A program made the translations under genes and the position numbers. A stretch of 32,000 nucleotides of DNA from Wolbachia endosymbiont of Onchocerca ochengi (GTDB lineage: Bacteria > Pseudomonadota > Alphaproteobacteria > Rickettsiales > Anaplasmataceae), in NCBI RefSeq assembly GCF_000306885.1, contig NC_018267.1, positions 1 to 32,000 on the forward strand. Direction: 5' to 3'. Positions 1 through 9,589 of the stretch are shown here, piece after piece (position 1 is the stretch's first letter; every line of letters starts with the position of its first letter). The notes beneath the pieces are model-generated. The model ran no database searches and was not told the origin of the DNA. It saw only the letters and a list, made by a program, of their open reading frames with translations.

Positions 1-2
1 AA

Positions 3-68
3 AAAGCACAAGCTATTCCGACCTCATTAGAAGAAAGAATAGAAAATAAAAAAAGAAGTATTGACTAA
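3..68 (+). other. possible C-terminal end of a CDS entering from the left edge (KAQAIPTSLEERIENKKRSID*)
   Basis: Open in frame 3 from the window edge to TAA at 66-68. Only 21 codons, no recognised domain. Confidence 0.2.
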
Positions 69-777
69 ACTTTTAAAAACATAAAATCTAGATTATCAAA
101 TAAAATCAACGCCTACAATAGAGCAATAAAACATACGATTAAGATAAATTAGTTAAACTTGCTATTAAGAAACAATTAACTTCTTCTATAGTAAAGAGGT
201 TTAAGTAATATGAAAAAATTGGTGAAAGATAGCTGTTTCATAAATTATGCAGTTATTGCTGTTATGTTGAGGAACATTCACGATCTGATTAAGCACTATT
301 AAAAACGCTTAAGTAAAAAATTTCCTAGAAAGACAAATAATGAACAATTTGCATAGAACCTTTTAGGTGAATTTAAAGGAGAAAGATATTCAACTTACAA
401 GGGAAAAAGTTAGAAATATATAAAAAAAGAAAAATTAAATCAGTAAACAATAATCAATTCCCCTGATCAGGGAAGTTCAACTCGTTAATGAAAAACACTC
501 CACTTTAAGCTCAAAACCAAGATTAAAAAAAAACCAAGATCTTCAGAGATAGAGCTCCAGTGTAAGGTACTTCACTTCTACATTTTTTGTATTGTTTGAA
601 GGTGTATATTTAATAATGAATAATTATACTAGAGATAAGCGATAAGCACTTTTCTTGTTGTATTTGCATTGGGCATTTTAGAAGCAGGATGCTTTTTTTG
701 TATAAAAAAATGAACAAAGAAGTAGAACTTAATGGTACCACCGACTCTTTTAGAGTTACAAAGGTTTCTATTTCTTT

Positions 778-1665
778 TTAAAACTCCATTAAGTATCTTT
801 ATACATATTGAAAACATCTTAATAATTCAAATGAGTGTAGATTTAAGCAGTTTCAAGACCTTAAATGGCTAAGCAGGTCGCTGTATTAAGCTTATATCAA
901 TGTTTTTTAAAAGCAAATGAGTAACAAAACTATGACGTAATACATGCGTGGATAAGATTTCTGACAAATTTAACATTTTCTTTACTTTTTCTAGACGATT
1001 AACAACATAAGTTCTTTTCAATTTCCTCTTAGTTTCATAAATAGATATCGTACTTCATTATTAACGCTAAGGTAAAGAAAAGCTTTTACGTACTCTTGCA
1101 TGCACTTTTTTACTACTGAGAAAAACAACACACCTGCCTTCGCTTTGTCCCCCCCTTACTATGACTGTTAAACTTCCATTATTAATTATTACTAACCTTA
1201 AATGCTTCTCACCGATCCTTAACCCTGTGCCATATAAGTAGAATAATAATCGCAATTCCTTTTTTTATCACCCAAGGTTCACCTAGGTCAGACAGTTTCA
1301 TTCTTTCATTAAAGTTCTTACATCAGATATTGATTAATGCTCTTGGTAAAGTTCTTCTCTAAATTGGCCTAGATAAGGAAAATATAGTCTCATTGTTTAT
1401 TTCACAATTGCTTTTTATATACTTGAAAAAATTTCTAATTACTGACAATGCACGAGTATTCGATCCCACATTTACACCTCTTGTATAACAAAAGGTAAAC
1501 CAATTTCTAAGCTCGCGCACGCTCAATCTTTCCAAAGAGAAAATATCTACTTCTCATACAATGTGAGTACTAAGAAAACTTATCATGTCTTTTAGGTCTC
1601 TCATATATCATTTTACAAAGTGTTGAGCAAACAAGACTTGTACCTCACTATTCATATCAACTTTC
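778..1665 (-). pseudogene. degenerate XerC/XerD-type tyrosine recombinase
   Basis: Fragments in order on the minus strand in several frames: YMRDLKDMISFLSTH, EVDIFSLERLSVRELRNWFTFCYTRG, NTRALSVIRNFFKYIK, CEINNETIFSLSRP..RRTLPRALI, LLFYLYGTGLRIGEKHLRL, GSLTVIVRGGQSEGRCVVF, HVLRHSFVTHLL, YTHLNY*DVFNMYKDT. These match SAM-like domain, GLR-x-x-E, HxLRHSFxTHLL and YTH motifs. Internal stops and frameshifts throughout. Confidence 0.85.
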
Positions 1666-1689
1666 AATAATTGAACCTAAGTTCAATAG

Positions 1690-3078
1690 TTACTTTTTAA
1701 AGAATGCATCAGTGCATGCATCACGGAAGGTTTCATTTACATCAGGATGAGAGTGACAAATTCTATATATATCCTCTGCTGCTGCACCATATGCCATTGC
1801 AACTGCTGCTTCATTAATTAGCGTATCAGCATATGCCCCTATGATATGCACACCTAGTATTGTATCTGTCTTGCTACAAGTTAGTACTTTTACAAATCCT
1901 TCAGCATCATCAATAATTTTTGCCCTACCATTTGCAGCAAACTGACATTTACCAACTTTATACTTCCAACCAGCATTTCTGAGTTCCTCTTCAGTTTTGC
2001 CAATTGAAGAAACCGCAGGATGGGTATAAATAACAAATGGTATAATTTCATAATTAATATGAGGTGACTGCCCTGCTATTATTTCTGCAACTGCCACTCC
2101 TTCTTCTTCCGCCTTATGAGCAAGCATTGCCCCACCGATTGAATCACCAATAGCAAATATTCTTTTTATATTGGTCTCATACTTATTATCAACTTGAATA
2201 AAGCCACGGCTATCTCTTTCTATTTTACCATCAATGTCAAGACCATCAGTATATGGTTTACGACCTACTGCAATGAGCACTTTATCTGCCTCTATAGTAT
2301 TTACTTGGCTGCCTTGAACAGAGCAAACTTTTACACTTAAAAAATCACTATTTTGTTTTATTTCCTCAACTTTAGTGCTAAGTAAAAGTTTTATTCCTTG
2401 TTTTTGCAAACTGGAAAATAAAGACTTACTCAATTCTACATCCATTGTTGTAGCGATTCTATCGAGAAACTCTACTACAGTAACTTCAGACCCTAACCTT
2501 TTCCATATAGAAGACATTTCAAGTCCTATTGCTCCAGCTCCAATTACAACAAGTCTTCTTGGTACTTCAGTTAGAGATAACGCGCCGGTGGATGAAATAA
2601 TGTTTTTCTCATCAATATTAACTCTTGGTAAGGAGATGACATCAGAACCGGTTGCGATTACTATATTTTTTGTTTTCAGCGTCTTACCTTCAACCGAAAC
2701 TTCAAGATTACCTTGATCAAAAGAAGTAATTTTCCCAAGTCCAGTAATCCTAGTAATCTTATGAAGGTCAAAGAGATACTCTATTCCTTGTCCCAATTCT
2801 TTAACTTTGGCGTCCTTATATTCTAGCATTTCTTTTAGATTAAAACTTGCATCCTTAACTTTTATACCAAGTTTTGATAGATCGTTTTTCGTATGGATAT
2901 ATTCATAAGAAGAGTGAAGTAACGTTTTAGAAGGTATACACCCAACTCGCAAACATGTCCCACCAAGAATGCTATTCTTATCTATGCAAGTAACCTTCAT
3001 CCCAAGCTTTGCAGCTAAAATAGCACATTTATAACCACCTGAACCACCGCCTATAATAATCAGATCATGATCAGTCAT
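1690..3078 (-). CDS. lpd: dihydrolipoamide dehydrogenase (E3 component)
   Basis: 462 aa ORF. N-terminal FAD-binding GGGSGGY, redox-active GGTCLRVGCIPSK, NAD-binding VVIGAGAIGLE, C-terminal HSHPDVNE. Confidence 0.95.
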   Translation of the reverse strand: MTDHDLIIIGGGSGGYKCAILAAKLGMKVTCIDKNSILGGTCLRVGCIPSKTLLHSSYEYIHTKNDLSKLGIKVKDASFNLKEMLEYKDAKVKELGQGIEYLFDLHKITRITGLGKITSFDQGNLEVSVEGKTLKTKNIVIATGSDVISLPRVNIDEKNIISSTGALSLTEVPRRLVVIGAGAIGLEMSSIWKRLGSEVTVVEFLDRIATTMDVELSKSLFSSLQKQGIKLLLSTKVEEIKQNSDFLSVKVCSVQGSQVNTIEADKVLIAVGRKPYTDGLDIDGKIERDSRGFIQVDNKYETNIKRIFAIGDSIGGAMLAHKAEEEGVAVAEIIAGQSPHINYEIIPFVIYTHPAVSSIGKTEEELRNAGWKYKVGKCQFAANGRAKIIDDAEGFVKVLTCSKTDTILGVHIIGAYADTLINEAAVAMAYGAAAEDIYRICHSHPDVNETFRDACTDAFFKK

Positions 3079-4180
3079 AAAAAATAAACCTATTTTCTAA
3101 ATAAAAAGCACCATTCCCTTCAGTCGTTATATATATCTTATCACGAATGAACACTGGAGTGTGAAACACATTACCTGATATTTTGATTGCTTTCCATGCA
3201 TTTTCAGATTCAGAAAAAGCAAACATTAAACCTTTATTGCTTGTTATCCATAACGTATTGGCATGCATAATTAAAGTAAACAACTGCGTATTTTCTATTG
3301 AATCAGATGTCCAGATTGTTTTTCCATTTCGTACATCAATGCCAACTATTTTATTATCTCTAGTAATTAAAAAAATTCTACCACCGGCTCTTTGCTCTTT
3401 TGTAAGAATAGAAGAATTATAATATGGCACAATGTTTGATACACTTTTTGTTTGCAGTGGTTTTGACCATAGAATGTTCCCTGACTTTACATCAATACCA
3501 TAAACATAAGAACTGTTTGTAACAACTAAAATATTATCGAGTACTCTTGGTGTAGTAGTTATATCTGTAATCTGTGTATCTAAAAGGTTTATAGCCAATT
3601 TTTGACTCCATAATTTTTCACCACCTTCATCAAAAGCTATTAGTTCACCATTTGAAAATGGCGCTATTATTTTATTATCAGAAACTGCAGGTGATATGGA
3701 ATATAAACCTCGTACTTCACTAACTCCATTTTGGTGAGCCCAAATTGGGCTACCGTCTTTTATATTAAGGGCATATAGAAAATTATCAATAGTTAATACT
3801 ACCAATTTATTATGTATTACTACTGCTTTTCCTCTTATTGGAGCTCTCAGTTCCTTTTCCCATTGAATCTCACCAGTTTTTACATCTATCGCATATAGAA
3901 TATTATTTGCTATAAAAAAAACATTTCCTCCATGATGTGATAGACTCATATTACCAATTTTTTTTTTGTGCGAAAGGTGCAATTTCCAATTCATAACCTT
4001 TAAATTATCAACATCAACGGAATATAAGGTACCGTGCTTGTCTACTAAAATAACACTATTTTCTACAAGAACTGGAGCCACATATCCTTGAGATAATTTT
4101 TTATCCACTATGTTTATCCACTCACTTGCTATTGTGCAACTACTACACAACAACACTATCATAACAACCATTACTTTCAT
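3071..4180 (-). CDS. PQQ-like beta-propeller repeat protein, BamB-like outer membrane assembly factor
   Basis: 369 aa. Signal peptide-like start MKVMVVMIVLLCSSCTIA. Repeated propeller blades such as YAIDVKTGEIQWEKEL, YALNIKDGSPIWAHQ, YGIDVKSGNILWSKPL, VGIDVRNGKTIWTSD. Overlaps lpd by 8 nt. Confidence 0.8.
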   Translation of the reverse strand: MKVMVVMIVLLCSSCTIASEWINIVDKKLSQGYVAPVLVENSVILVDKHGTLYSVDVDNLKVMNWKLHLSHKKKIGNMSLSHHGGNVFFIANNILYAIDVKTGEIQWEKELRAPIRGKAVVIHNKLVVLTIDNFLYALNIKDGSPIWAHQNGVSEVRGLYSISPAVSDNKIIAPFSNGELIAFDEGGEKLWSQKLAINLLDTQITDITTTPRVLDNILVVTNSSYVYGIDVKSGNILWSKPLQTKSVSNIVPYYNSSILTKEQRAGGRIFLITRDNKIVGIDVRNGKTIWTSDSIENTQLFTLIMHANTLWITSNKGLMFAFSESENAWKAIKISGNVFHTPVFIRDKIYITTEGNGAFYLENRFIFYD

Positions 4181-4856
4181 TGCTTGTTAAATACAAGACT
4201 TATTAATAATATACATATCAGAAATCTCAACCACAACGAAAATATTTTTATTGTATATTGTAGGCATTCATTTATAAAAGAAAATTATATTGTTATGTAA
4301 AAACACTTCTAACATGCCAGAATAACAATTGATTAAAAGTCATTGATAAATTCAGCCACTTTAATTTACGTTATTTTCAAAAAAGCTAAAAAATAAAAAT
4401 AATGTTCCACTTTAGTGGTAAAAATATCCATTAGATCTCTTACAACTAACCTTTGATTCAAGTATCAAGAAGTTTACTAAGTGAAAAAAGATAAAAGTAA
4501 AAAACCTCCGCGGTAAATAATTATTTACCTTCTAACCCTAAACCACATCTTATACCATCTTTCATAGCGCGTTTCAGCTTAAAAAGCTTAGAAGCCTATA
4601 GATAAAATTAGTAAAGACATGAAGTAAACATAGTGCAAAAAACTATACATAAAACATTAACTATGTAATACTTGTATCACACAACCTACATATAGATTAC
4701 TAAATAGTTTTATTATTTAATAAGAAAATTAACAAGACTTATTAAGTAATTTTCAGTATCATCTTTCGGTTACTTATTTATTGCACTGATTAGTCAGATA
4801 ATAACTATGTAAAAAGACTAATACCATGTATAATCTATAAATGATTTTTGAGTGGT

Positions 4857-5560
4857 ATGAAATTAGGTGTTAACATTGACCATATTGCAACTCTTCGCAA
4901 TGCATGGAGAATTTCTTACCCAAATCTATTAAAAGCAGCAAAAATAGCTATTGAAGCTGGAGAAGATTTTATCACCGTTCACTTACGGGAAGACAGAAAA
5001 CACATCAAGGATGGAGATGTGTTTAATCTAAAAAAAACATTGAAACTGAGCTCAATCTTGAAATTGCAGCCACAGAAGAAATGCTCAAAATAGCAAAAAA
5101 GGTAAAACCCTATTCGATTAGTATTGTGCCAGAAAAAAGAAAAGAATTAACAACAGAAAGTGGTTTAGACATAATTAACACGTACAATAAACTTTCTAGC
5201 ATAATAGAAGAAATGCATAGCACTGGCATAAAGGTTTCACTGTTTATTAATCCAAGCATCAATCAACTAAAATATCTTGAGAAACTAGAAAAAAAGCCTG
5301 ACATAATAGAAATTCACACGGGAGATTACTGCAATAGTCCATCAGAGAAAAAATTAAAACTAATTACTAATGCTATAGAGTGCATAAATAAGCTAAAAAT
5401 AGAGTACTACGTAGGACATAGCATAACCTGTACACACGCTAAAAAAATAAAAGAGATATCTCATATCTTAGCTCTTAATGTAGGTCACTTTTAATCAGCG
5501 AAGCTATATTTTACAGCTTTGCACAACACAGTAAAAACAATGAAAATGATAATATCCTAA
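4857..5560 (+). pseudogene. pdxJ: pyridoxine 5'-phosphate synthase, frameshifted
   Basis: [16 protein letters not shown]...[17 protein letters not shown] in one frame, then [43 protein letters not shown]...VSLFI...IEIHTGDY...VGHSITC...LNVGHF, then LISEAIFYS and HNTVKTMKMIIS* in further frames. ATG at 4857 is more likely than the TTG at 4848. At least three indels needed to join the pieces. Confidence 0.9.
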
Positions 5561-5868
5561 CTAACTACTTCTTCCTCCTCTTTATTTAAAAGACCCAAAA
5601 GATTCTGGCTTGCTTTAAATCTTACTCTTATCTTTTCAGGAACAGTCATAATCTTACCATTTTGAGGATTACGACACTGTTTCTTCCGACTTACAGCAGT
5701 AGACAATGTACCTAATCTATGCAGACGTACTTTACCTATCCTCTTCAAATCACCTTTTATTCTTTTTATCCATGCATCATGGATTTTGCCCAAATTCAAC
5801 ATTGTTATGTCTATACCCTGATTAGACAAATCTTCGTGCATTTGTTTTACTATACTTTCTTTACTCAT
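5557..5868 (-). CDS. HU/IHF-family DNA-binding protein
   Basis: 103 aa. HU-like C-terminus RLGTLSTAVSRKKQCRNPQNGKIMTVPEKIRVRFKASQNLLGLLN. Confidence 0.8.
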   Translation of the reverse strand: MSKESIVKQMHEDLSNQGIDITMLNLGKIHDAWIKRIKGDLKRIGKVRLHRLGTLSTAVSRKKQCRNPQNGKIMTVPEKIRVRFKASQNLLGLLNKEEEEVVS

Positions 5869-6020
5869 AAATTACCTTAATATTGAAAAAAATTACACAA
5901 ACAGCATATTCAGTTCACACCGATAGTCAACTAAATTTACCGTGAAAATTAGGATATACCATAACTATATACCCTTTAAACATTTGTATCACGCCTACAA
6001 AAAGCATCACTAAAAAATAA

Positions 6021-6473
6021 CTATCTCTTAGAAAATTGACATTTTTTACGAGCTTTATGCTGACCATACTTCTTACGCTCAACAACACGTGAATCTCGCG
6101 TCAGGAATCCCTTATTGCGTAGCACAGAATGCAAGCCTTGACTTATCTTACTTAAAGCTCTACTTATCCCATGGGCTAAAGCACCAGCTTGACTAGATAA
6201 CCCTCCACCTCTTACAGTTGCAAACACATCATATTTATCTAGCACAGACGTTATAATAAGTGGCATCCTTACCATTTGACATACTGATTCTCTTTTAAAG
6301 TAAGAGAATAACTTATCTTGCTGATTAATACTAAACTTTCCATTGCCTGGCTTTATCCATACTCTTGCTACAGATTCCTTTCTCCGACCCGTAGCATATA
6401 AACGACCTAATAAATCAACTACTGGCTTAGTTACCATTTCTGATTGATTTATTATATGATTTTCCATCTTCAC
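6021..6473 (-). CDS. rpsI: 30S ribosomal protein S9
   Basis: 150 aa. YATGRRKESVARVWIKPGNGKFSIN and terminal DSRVVERKKYGQHKARKKCQFSKR, classic uS9. Confidence 0.97.
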   Translation of the reverse strand: MKMENHIINQSEMVTKPVVDLLGRLYATGRRKESVARVWIKPGNGKFSINQQDKLFSYFKRESVCQMVRMPLIITSVLDKYDVFATVRGGGLSSQAGALAHGISRALSKISQGLHSVLRNKGFLTRDSRVVERKKYGQHKARKKCQFSKR

Positions 6474-6477
6474 TCCA

Positions 6478-6963
6478 TTATTTTTTGTTTTTTCGATTCA
6501 AAGAAGCAAAATCTATTTCCTTAGGTTGCTGTCCCTGATGCTTATGTTTTGAACCAGAGTAAACGTATAAATTTCCAAAACGTTTACGTGCCATAGGACC
6601 ATCATCAAGCATCCTTTTTACTGCCATTTCTATTACACGCTCAGGAAATTTACTATTCAAGATATTATCTGGAGTAGTTTTTTTTAAACCACCGGGATAA
6701 CCTGTATGTTTATAGTAAATTTTTTCTTTAAGTTTCTTTCCAGTAAAATGCACCTTTTCTGCGTTAATAATAATTACATTATCACCACAATCCATATGAG
6801 GTGTATACTCAGGTTTATGCTTTCCACGCAATAAAGTTGCCACAAATGCTGAAAGCCTTCCTACTGTTAACCCATCCGCATCTATGATAAACCATCTTTT
6901 ATTGATTTGTTTTTCTTTCAAGAAAAAAGTCTTCATAATTTTAACTACACAATAGTAGGTCAT
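6478..6963 (-). CDS. rplM: 50S ribosomal protein L13
   Basis: 161 aa. [54 protein letters not shown]. Paired with rpsI, 4 nt gap. Real start is probably [10 protein letters not shown] a few codons in. Confidence 0.97.
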   Translation of the reverse strand: MTYYCVVKIMKTFFLKEKQINKRWFIIDADGLTVGRLSAFVATLLRGKHKPEYTPHMDCGDNVIIINAEKVHFTGKKLKEKIYYKHTGYPGGLKKTTPDNILNSKFPERVIEMAVKRMLDDGPMARKRFGNLYVYSGSKHKHQGQQPKEIDFASLNRKNKK

Positions 6964-7003
6964 GATACACCCAACCTCTAAACAAAGTCAACAATATTAG
7001 TTA

Positions 7004-8302
7004 TTGATTATTAAAGCAATTTGTACTAATAATTTAGTTGCATATCCTGATACATATAGGAATAAAGTGTTTCAATTGATCATTACGTTCATGGTCGTGT
7101 TTAGTAGTATAAGTTGCTATGCAATCGATCTCGAACAAGCTATAAGTAAAGCCATAAAAAATAGTTTAAAGTTAAAATCTCAATTTTATCAGTATAAAAG
7201 CACAGAAAAACAACTGAAATCTTCAGGATTAAGTGGATTTTTGCCAGATATTAATTTACAATATAACTTCGATAGTAATTTTAATCTTTATAATGACAAA
7301 CATAACTTACCTGGAAAATGCGTTACATTAAGTCAGAGAATAATAGATGGCGGCAGTGCTTTTGCTACATTCAACCGATCAAGTCATCTTCTCAAAGCAG
7401 AAAAGATGCACTTTCAACAATCAAAGCAAGAGGTTGCACTTGACGCTGTGAAAGTATACGTTGATGTTCTAAGAAGGACAGCAATATTAAAATTGAGAGA
7501 ACACAAAGAACATGTTTCTTTGGAGAACTTGTCTGCAATGAAGAAGCGCCTTTCCCTTGGAGAGGTTACCAATGCTGAAGTTTCACTGGCGAAAGCAAAA
7601 TTTTCATCTTCAAGGCTGGAAAGAGTCGATGCTGAAGGTAAACTAAAATTAGCAAACGTTGCTTACTTTCACTTAATTGGCGAAGATCCTGATGAGCTCT
7701 CCGAAGTTAATGATAAATTACCCTATATCCCAGATCTAAACGAATGCTTACAGCTAGCAAGAACCAACAACCTGTCCTTAAAAGCAGCAGTTTATAAAAA
7801 AAAGGCAGATGGAATGGCAGTGATTGCTGAAACTTCTAAGTGGCTACCTTCTTTAAATCTCAGTGCGAGTAAAAGTTTAAATGAAAGCGTTAGTCTTGAT
7901 ACGCTTTTAGGCACTACTAATATTACTTTTACTCTTGATATTCCAATCTTTAAAAGAGGAATTAATACTTTTGATATAAATAGAGCTAGAATGTATGCAA
8001 AAAAATCCGCCTATGATTATTATGAGACAGTAAAAAACATAGAAAGAGAGGTTATGAACGCTTGGAATAACGTTATGACAGCAAAAGCTATTATTAAAGC
8101 AAGTCAAAAGGCTGAAAAAGCAGCAGCTCTAGCATTAGAAGGAGTCAAGCAAGAAGTTAACTCAAATTTAAAAAGCACAACCGAACTTTTAAACACTGAA
8201 GATGCATTATTTAAAGCACGTTCAGATTTAGTTGAAGCAAAAAGCAACTATGCAATCAGTGCTTATAAGTTGCTTTTTACAATAAACAGCATAAATTTCT
8301 AA
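7004..8302 (+). CDS. tolC: TolC-like outer membrane efflux protein
   Basis: 432 aa. Signal-peptide-like FQLIITFMVVFSSISCYA, then DLEQAISKAIKNSLKL and a TolC-type repeat LEAKSNYAISAYKLLFTINSI. Divergent from rplM. Start codon uncertain. Confidence 0.8.
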   Translation: MIIKAICTNNLVAYPDTYRNKVFQLIITFMVVFSSISCYAIDLEQAISKAIKNSLKLKSQFYQYKSTEKQLKSSGLSGFLPDINLQYNFDSNFNLYNDKHNLPGKCVTLSQRIIDGGSAFATFNRSSHLLKAEKMHFQQSKQEVALDAVKVYVDVLRRTAILKLREHKEHVSLENLSAMKKRLSLGEVTNAEVSLAKAKFSSSRLERVDAEGKLKLANVAYFHLIGEDPDELSEVNDKLPYIPDLNECLQLARTNNLSLKAAVYKKKADGMAVIAETSKWLPSLNLSASKSLNESVSLDTLLGTTNITFTLDIPIFKRGINTFDINRARMYAKKSAYDYYETVKNIEREVMNAWNNVMTAKAIIKASQKAEKAAALALEGVKQEVNSNLKSTTELLNTEDALFKARSDLVEAKSNYAISAYKLLFTINSINF

Positions 8303-8322
8303 ATTTAATGGTATTAGCAATT

Positions 8323-8906
8323 ATGAGTGCTAAAAACAAAAATAATCAATCGTAAAAGATATTCTAGAAGATATAAAAGTAGTACTAAAAATGTAAGTAA
8401 TGATAAAAAGTAGAAATAGAAAAGGAAAAAGAAGATAACAATGTTCTATACCTTCAAGAAGAATATTTAGAAAATTTAGAAGAAGCTAGTAAAGAGGAGA
8501 ATAACAAGAAGAAAAATATTAACAATGATAATCAGAGCAAATAAATGTTTTCAAAAATAATACTATAAACTTAACGACTACAATCATGATTTAAAAAGGG
8601 AAAAAGATGTTTACCTACAAGTACAATACTCAAATTAGTAATAACAAAATAGATAATAGTAATTCACAAGCAAAAAATAATGATCAGTCGTTCTCAAAAG
8701 AAAAATATAGAGTAGATTAAAAGGTTCTTAAAAAGGTGAAAAACTAATTGCAACATAAGCAATAAAAAAAAAGCAAACCTTACTACTAGTATTGAAGAGT
8801 TAGTTACATCTTTTTTAAAACCCCAGCTATCAGAATGGCTAACAAATACTTATATACACTAGTAAAAGAAGTAGTCAAAAAAAAAGCTAAAAGATATAAT
8901 CAATAG
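8323..8906 (+). pseudogene. degenerate DUF2497/PopZ-like polar organizer protein gene
   Basis: Start MSAKNKNNQS followed in another frame by VKDILEDIKVVLK (PopZ N-terminal SMEEILASIRxII-like). Low-complexity E/K/N middle (YLQEEYLENLEEASKEENNKKKNINNDNQSK*, SNSQAKNNDQSFSKEKYRVD*). Then SIEELVTSFLKPQLSEWLTNT and, one frame off, YTLVKEVVKKKAKRYNQ* (PopZ C-terminal LRPMLKEWLDxNLPxLVExLV-like). Confidence 0.65.
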
Positions 8907-8984
8907 TATGATTACATACAGGTACCAACAATAAAAACTAGAGTAAAAACAGCTAAAGGCAGAAAATTATCTTCAACCAAGTGG

Positions 8985-9578
8985 TTGTACCGTCATCTAA
9001 ATGACAAGTATGTACAAAAAACTAATAAAGATGGCTACAGATCGCGCTCGGCGTATAAGTTGATAGAGATAGATAATAAATTTAAATTACTCCAAAAAGG
9101 GCAAAAAATCATTGATCTTGGTGCTTTCCCTGGTGGATGGTCACAAGTTGCATCTCAAAAAGGAGCTAATATAGTTGCAATTGACATAAAGCCAGTAAAC
9201 TCGATTAATGGAGTACAACATATGCAATGCGATATTATAAATGAACTTGAAACTTTAAAGGAAAGGTTTGAAGATCAAAAGTTTGACGTAATTTTATCTG
9301 ATATGGCTCCAGAATCTTGTGGTATAAAGTCGTTAGACCATATCAGAATCATGTTTCTATGTAAAGCAGCACTAAATCTTGCAAAGCACTTCCTAAATTA
9401 TAATGGAAAGTTTGTAGTAAAAATCTTTCAAGGAGAATTTGACAAAGATTTTTGCAACGAGCTAAAAAAAACGTTCAAAACAGCAAAATATTTTAAACCA
9501 AGATCAAGTAGACCTGAATCTACAGAAATATATTTAGTAAGTTTAGGCTTTACCGGCAGCAGATCTTATGTAGAGTAA
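8985..9578 (+). CDS. rlmE: 23S rRNA (uridine-2'-O)-methyltransferase RlmE/FtsJ
   Basis: NKDGYRSRSAYKLIEIDNKF, IIDLGAFPGGWSQVA, DVILSDMAPESCG, KIFQGEFD, SRPESTEIYLVSLGF. The conserved N-terminus (RVKTAKGRKLSSTKWL) lies upstream of 8985 in the same frame, so the true start is upstream. Confidence 0.93.
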   Translation: MYRHLNDKYVQKTNKDGYRSRSAYKLIEIDNKFKLLQKGQKIIDLGAFPGGWSQVASQKGANIVAIDIKPVNSINGVQHMQCDIINELETLKERFEDQKFDVILSDMAPESCGIKSLDHIRIMFLCKAALNLAKHFLNYNGKFVVKIFQGEFDKDFCNELKKTFKTAKYFKPRSSRPESTEIYLVSLGFTGSRSYVE

Positions 9579-9589
9579 TGGTAAGCTTT

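Noticed and set aside
461-472. Palindrome CCCTGATCAGGG
   Set aside because: Short and isolated, no T-run and no adjacent intact gene, so neither a terminator nor an operator can be supported.
2375-2716. 113 aa plus-strand ORF
   Set aside because: Lies entirely antisense inside lpd, no recognisable domain.
3183-3422. 79 aa plus-strand ORF
   Set aside because: Antisense shadow of the BamB-like gene.
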